NCBI RefSeq assembly: GCF_006345805.1
Contig: NC_043022.1
Span: 10,416,001-10,480,000 of the forward strand
Reading direction: 5' to 3'
From: Octopus sinensis
Lineage: Eukaryota
DNA length: 64,000 nt
The notes beneath the pieces were generated by a model. The model worked only from the letters and a program-made list of their open reading frames with translations. It made no database searches and had not been told where the DNA came from. How positions within the stretch are numbered: position 1 is the first letter of the stretch; every line of letters begins with the position of its first letter. This document shows positions 62,590 through 64,000 of this stretch, piece by piece. The translations under genes and the position numbers were made by a program.

Positions 62590-63380
62590 ATCCGCATAAT
62601 TTTTGGAGAGAAAAAATGTCATAGCACCTCCACTTCCTCCGTCATTTATATAATATTCTACTCAGACTTGCAAATTGCATTAATTTTTGTTTGTTCGTTT
62701 TTAGTTCACTCTCACCTACTCCATTTGAAATCCCCATTTTTTAAAGATTTCTTTCTTTCTTTCTGTGTAAAAAAAATAAAAATTGGGTATACCCGTACAC
62801 AAGTGTCCCCTCCCCCATATTCCAAACTTTATTTCGTCATAATTTTCAGAAAAATGGATACTTTCTTTTAATGAAATTTTCTACAAATATGCTTCAGATG
62901 GTGTAGATTCCGATTATATCGGAATATGTTGTGAAAAGTGTTTTCTGGGGGTGGAGTGAGGAGTTTCGGAAAATTCTCACGAGTCGGCTTTGTTTCCTCA
63001 CGATTTTCCAAAAATGGACATTTTTTTATTAAGATTTTTCAGGGTGTATAGATTAAGATTATATCAGAAGTTAATATGAAAACAATAGGTAGTCTCGTAC
63101 ACATGCATTCTGACCACACATGAGAAAACAACACTGACTCCTGTGACTTTCCCCCACTCATCGAAATCCTTATTCACAACAAATTCCTTTATAATCGGAA
63201 TCTACATCATCTAAAGACTATTTGTAGAAGATTTCATTAAAAAGCATCCATTTTTGTGGAAGTTGTGAGTTAACAATGTTGGAGGAGTGGCACACATGTA
63301 GGTATGCCAAAAATTGTTCAGAATATATTTAAAAATATTTTTCGAAATCAAAAATAAGAAAAAGTTGGAACTAATTTCGG
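62590..63380. repeat. Interspersed repeat with internal subrepeats (probable non-autonomous DNA transposon), related to ~5130-5760
   Basis: Shared motifs aaattttct(a/g)caaata..cagatggtgtagattcc(g)attata occur in both regions. Confidence 0.5.
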
Positions 63381-64000
63381 GCATTCATACAGTGCAAGGA
63401 AAATAATGATAATTTCCTTTATTTTGTGTATGGATATACAAATTATGAAAAAGTTGTGTGTGTACAATTTATGAAAACAAAAGTTACAGCCAGTTATAGT
63501 GTGTGTTTTGATCAGACCACTGCTTGGTTTCTGTTAGTTTATGCCCTTCCAAGCACACGAACTATTTTATGTGAATTAAAATCTTTCAACATACTTTTTT
63601 ATGTAGGAATTTTTTTGTGAACTTAATTCCAAATATAGAACTGACTCTTTGCCTGTCCAAAATATTTTCGTATATTTGTCCTAAACCTCCATGCTTGTTT
63701 TCAGATATTTAGTGTCATACATTCTGAGTAATATTAATGCTTTCCTTTTCATAAGTCTTAAGTTATTCTGGTAGTTGAAAAAATTGGAATTGTGTATCAT
63801 ATATGGATGCCTGGGAAATATGACCTGTGTATCACATGTAGTGCACAGGCCAGGCAAAGGGTTAATGTAAAAGTTCATTAGTTTGATTTTGTTTTTTTTT
63901 TTTCAAAAATATTTTCAAAAGAATTCTCCTCCAATGCTTTCTCCCCTCTCAAAAGATATTTGTCTTACAGGTTGCTTGGTGACCCTGTCAGTACAGGTGC

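Overview
AT-rich, microsatellite- and SINE-dense animal genomic DNA. The SINE and RTE families and the composition suggest an octopus/coleoid cephalopod (inference, not checked). The main feature is a minus-strand, 13-coding-exon nucleoporin gene (CDS 57687 down to 15185, about 1655 aa from hand-assembled GT-AG exons with consistent phases). It has POM121 architecture: N-terminal hydrophobic anchor, SPVTVRIAPP and VLSALRE motifs, bipartite NLS, Ser/Thr-rich FG-repeat region and basic C-terminus. The first coding exon of an ankyrin-repeat gene (minus strand) lies at the left end. The rest is mobile DNA: GG-ended TIR elements with 8-9 bp TSDs (Merlin-like), piggyBac derivatives, a Helitron helicase fragment, RTE/CR1/RLE LINE fragments, tRNA-SINEs and an 8 x ~350 bp tandem array. 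The most unusual signals are several Penelope-type minimal hammerhead-ribozyme motifs. One pair carries a compensatory G3-C8 core swap inside a near-perfect 287-bp palindrome, one is locked by a templated insertion, and one family is fused to a tRNA-like head. There is also an in-frame hydrophobic uORF separated from the POM121 start by a single UAG, a possible A-to-I switch. All calls were made by eye; no searches or folding programs were run.
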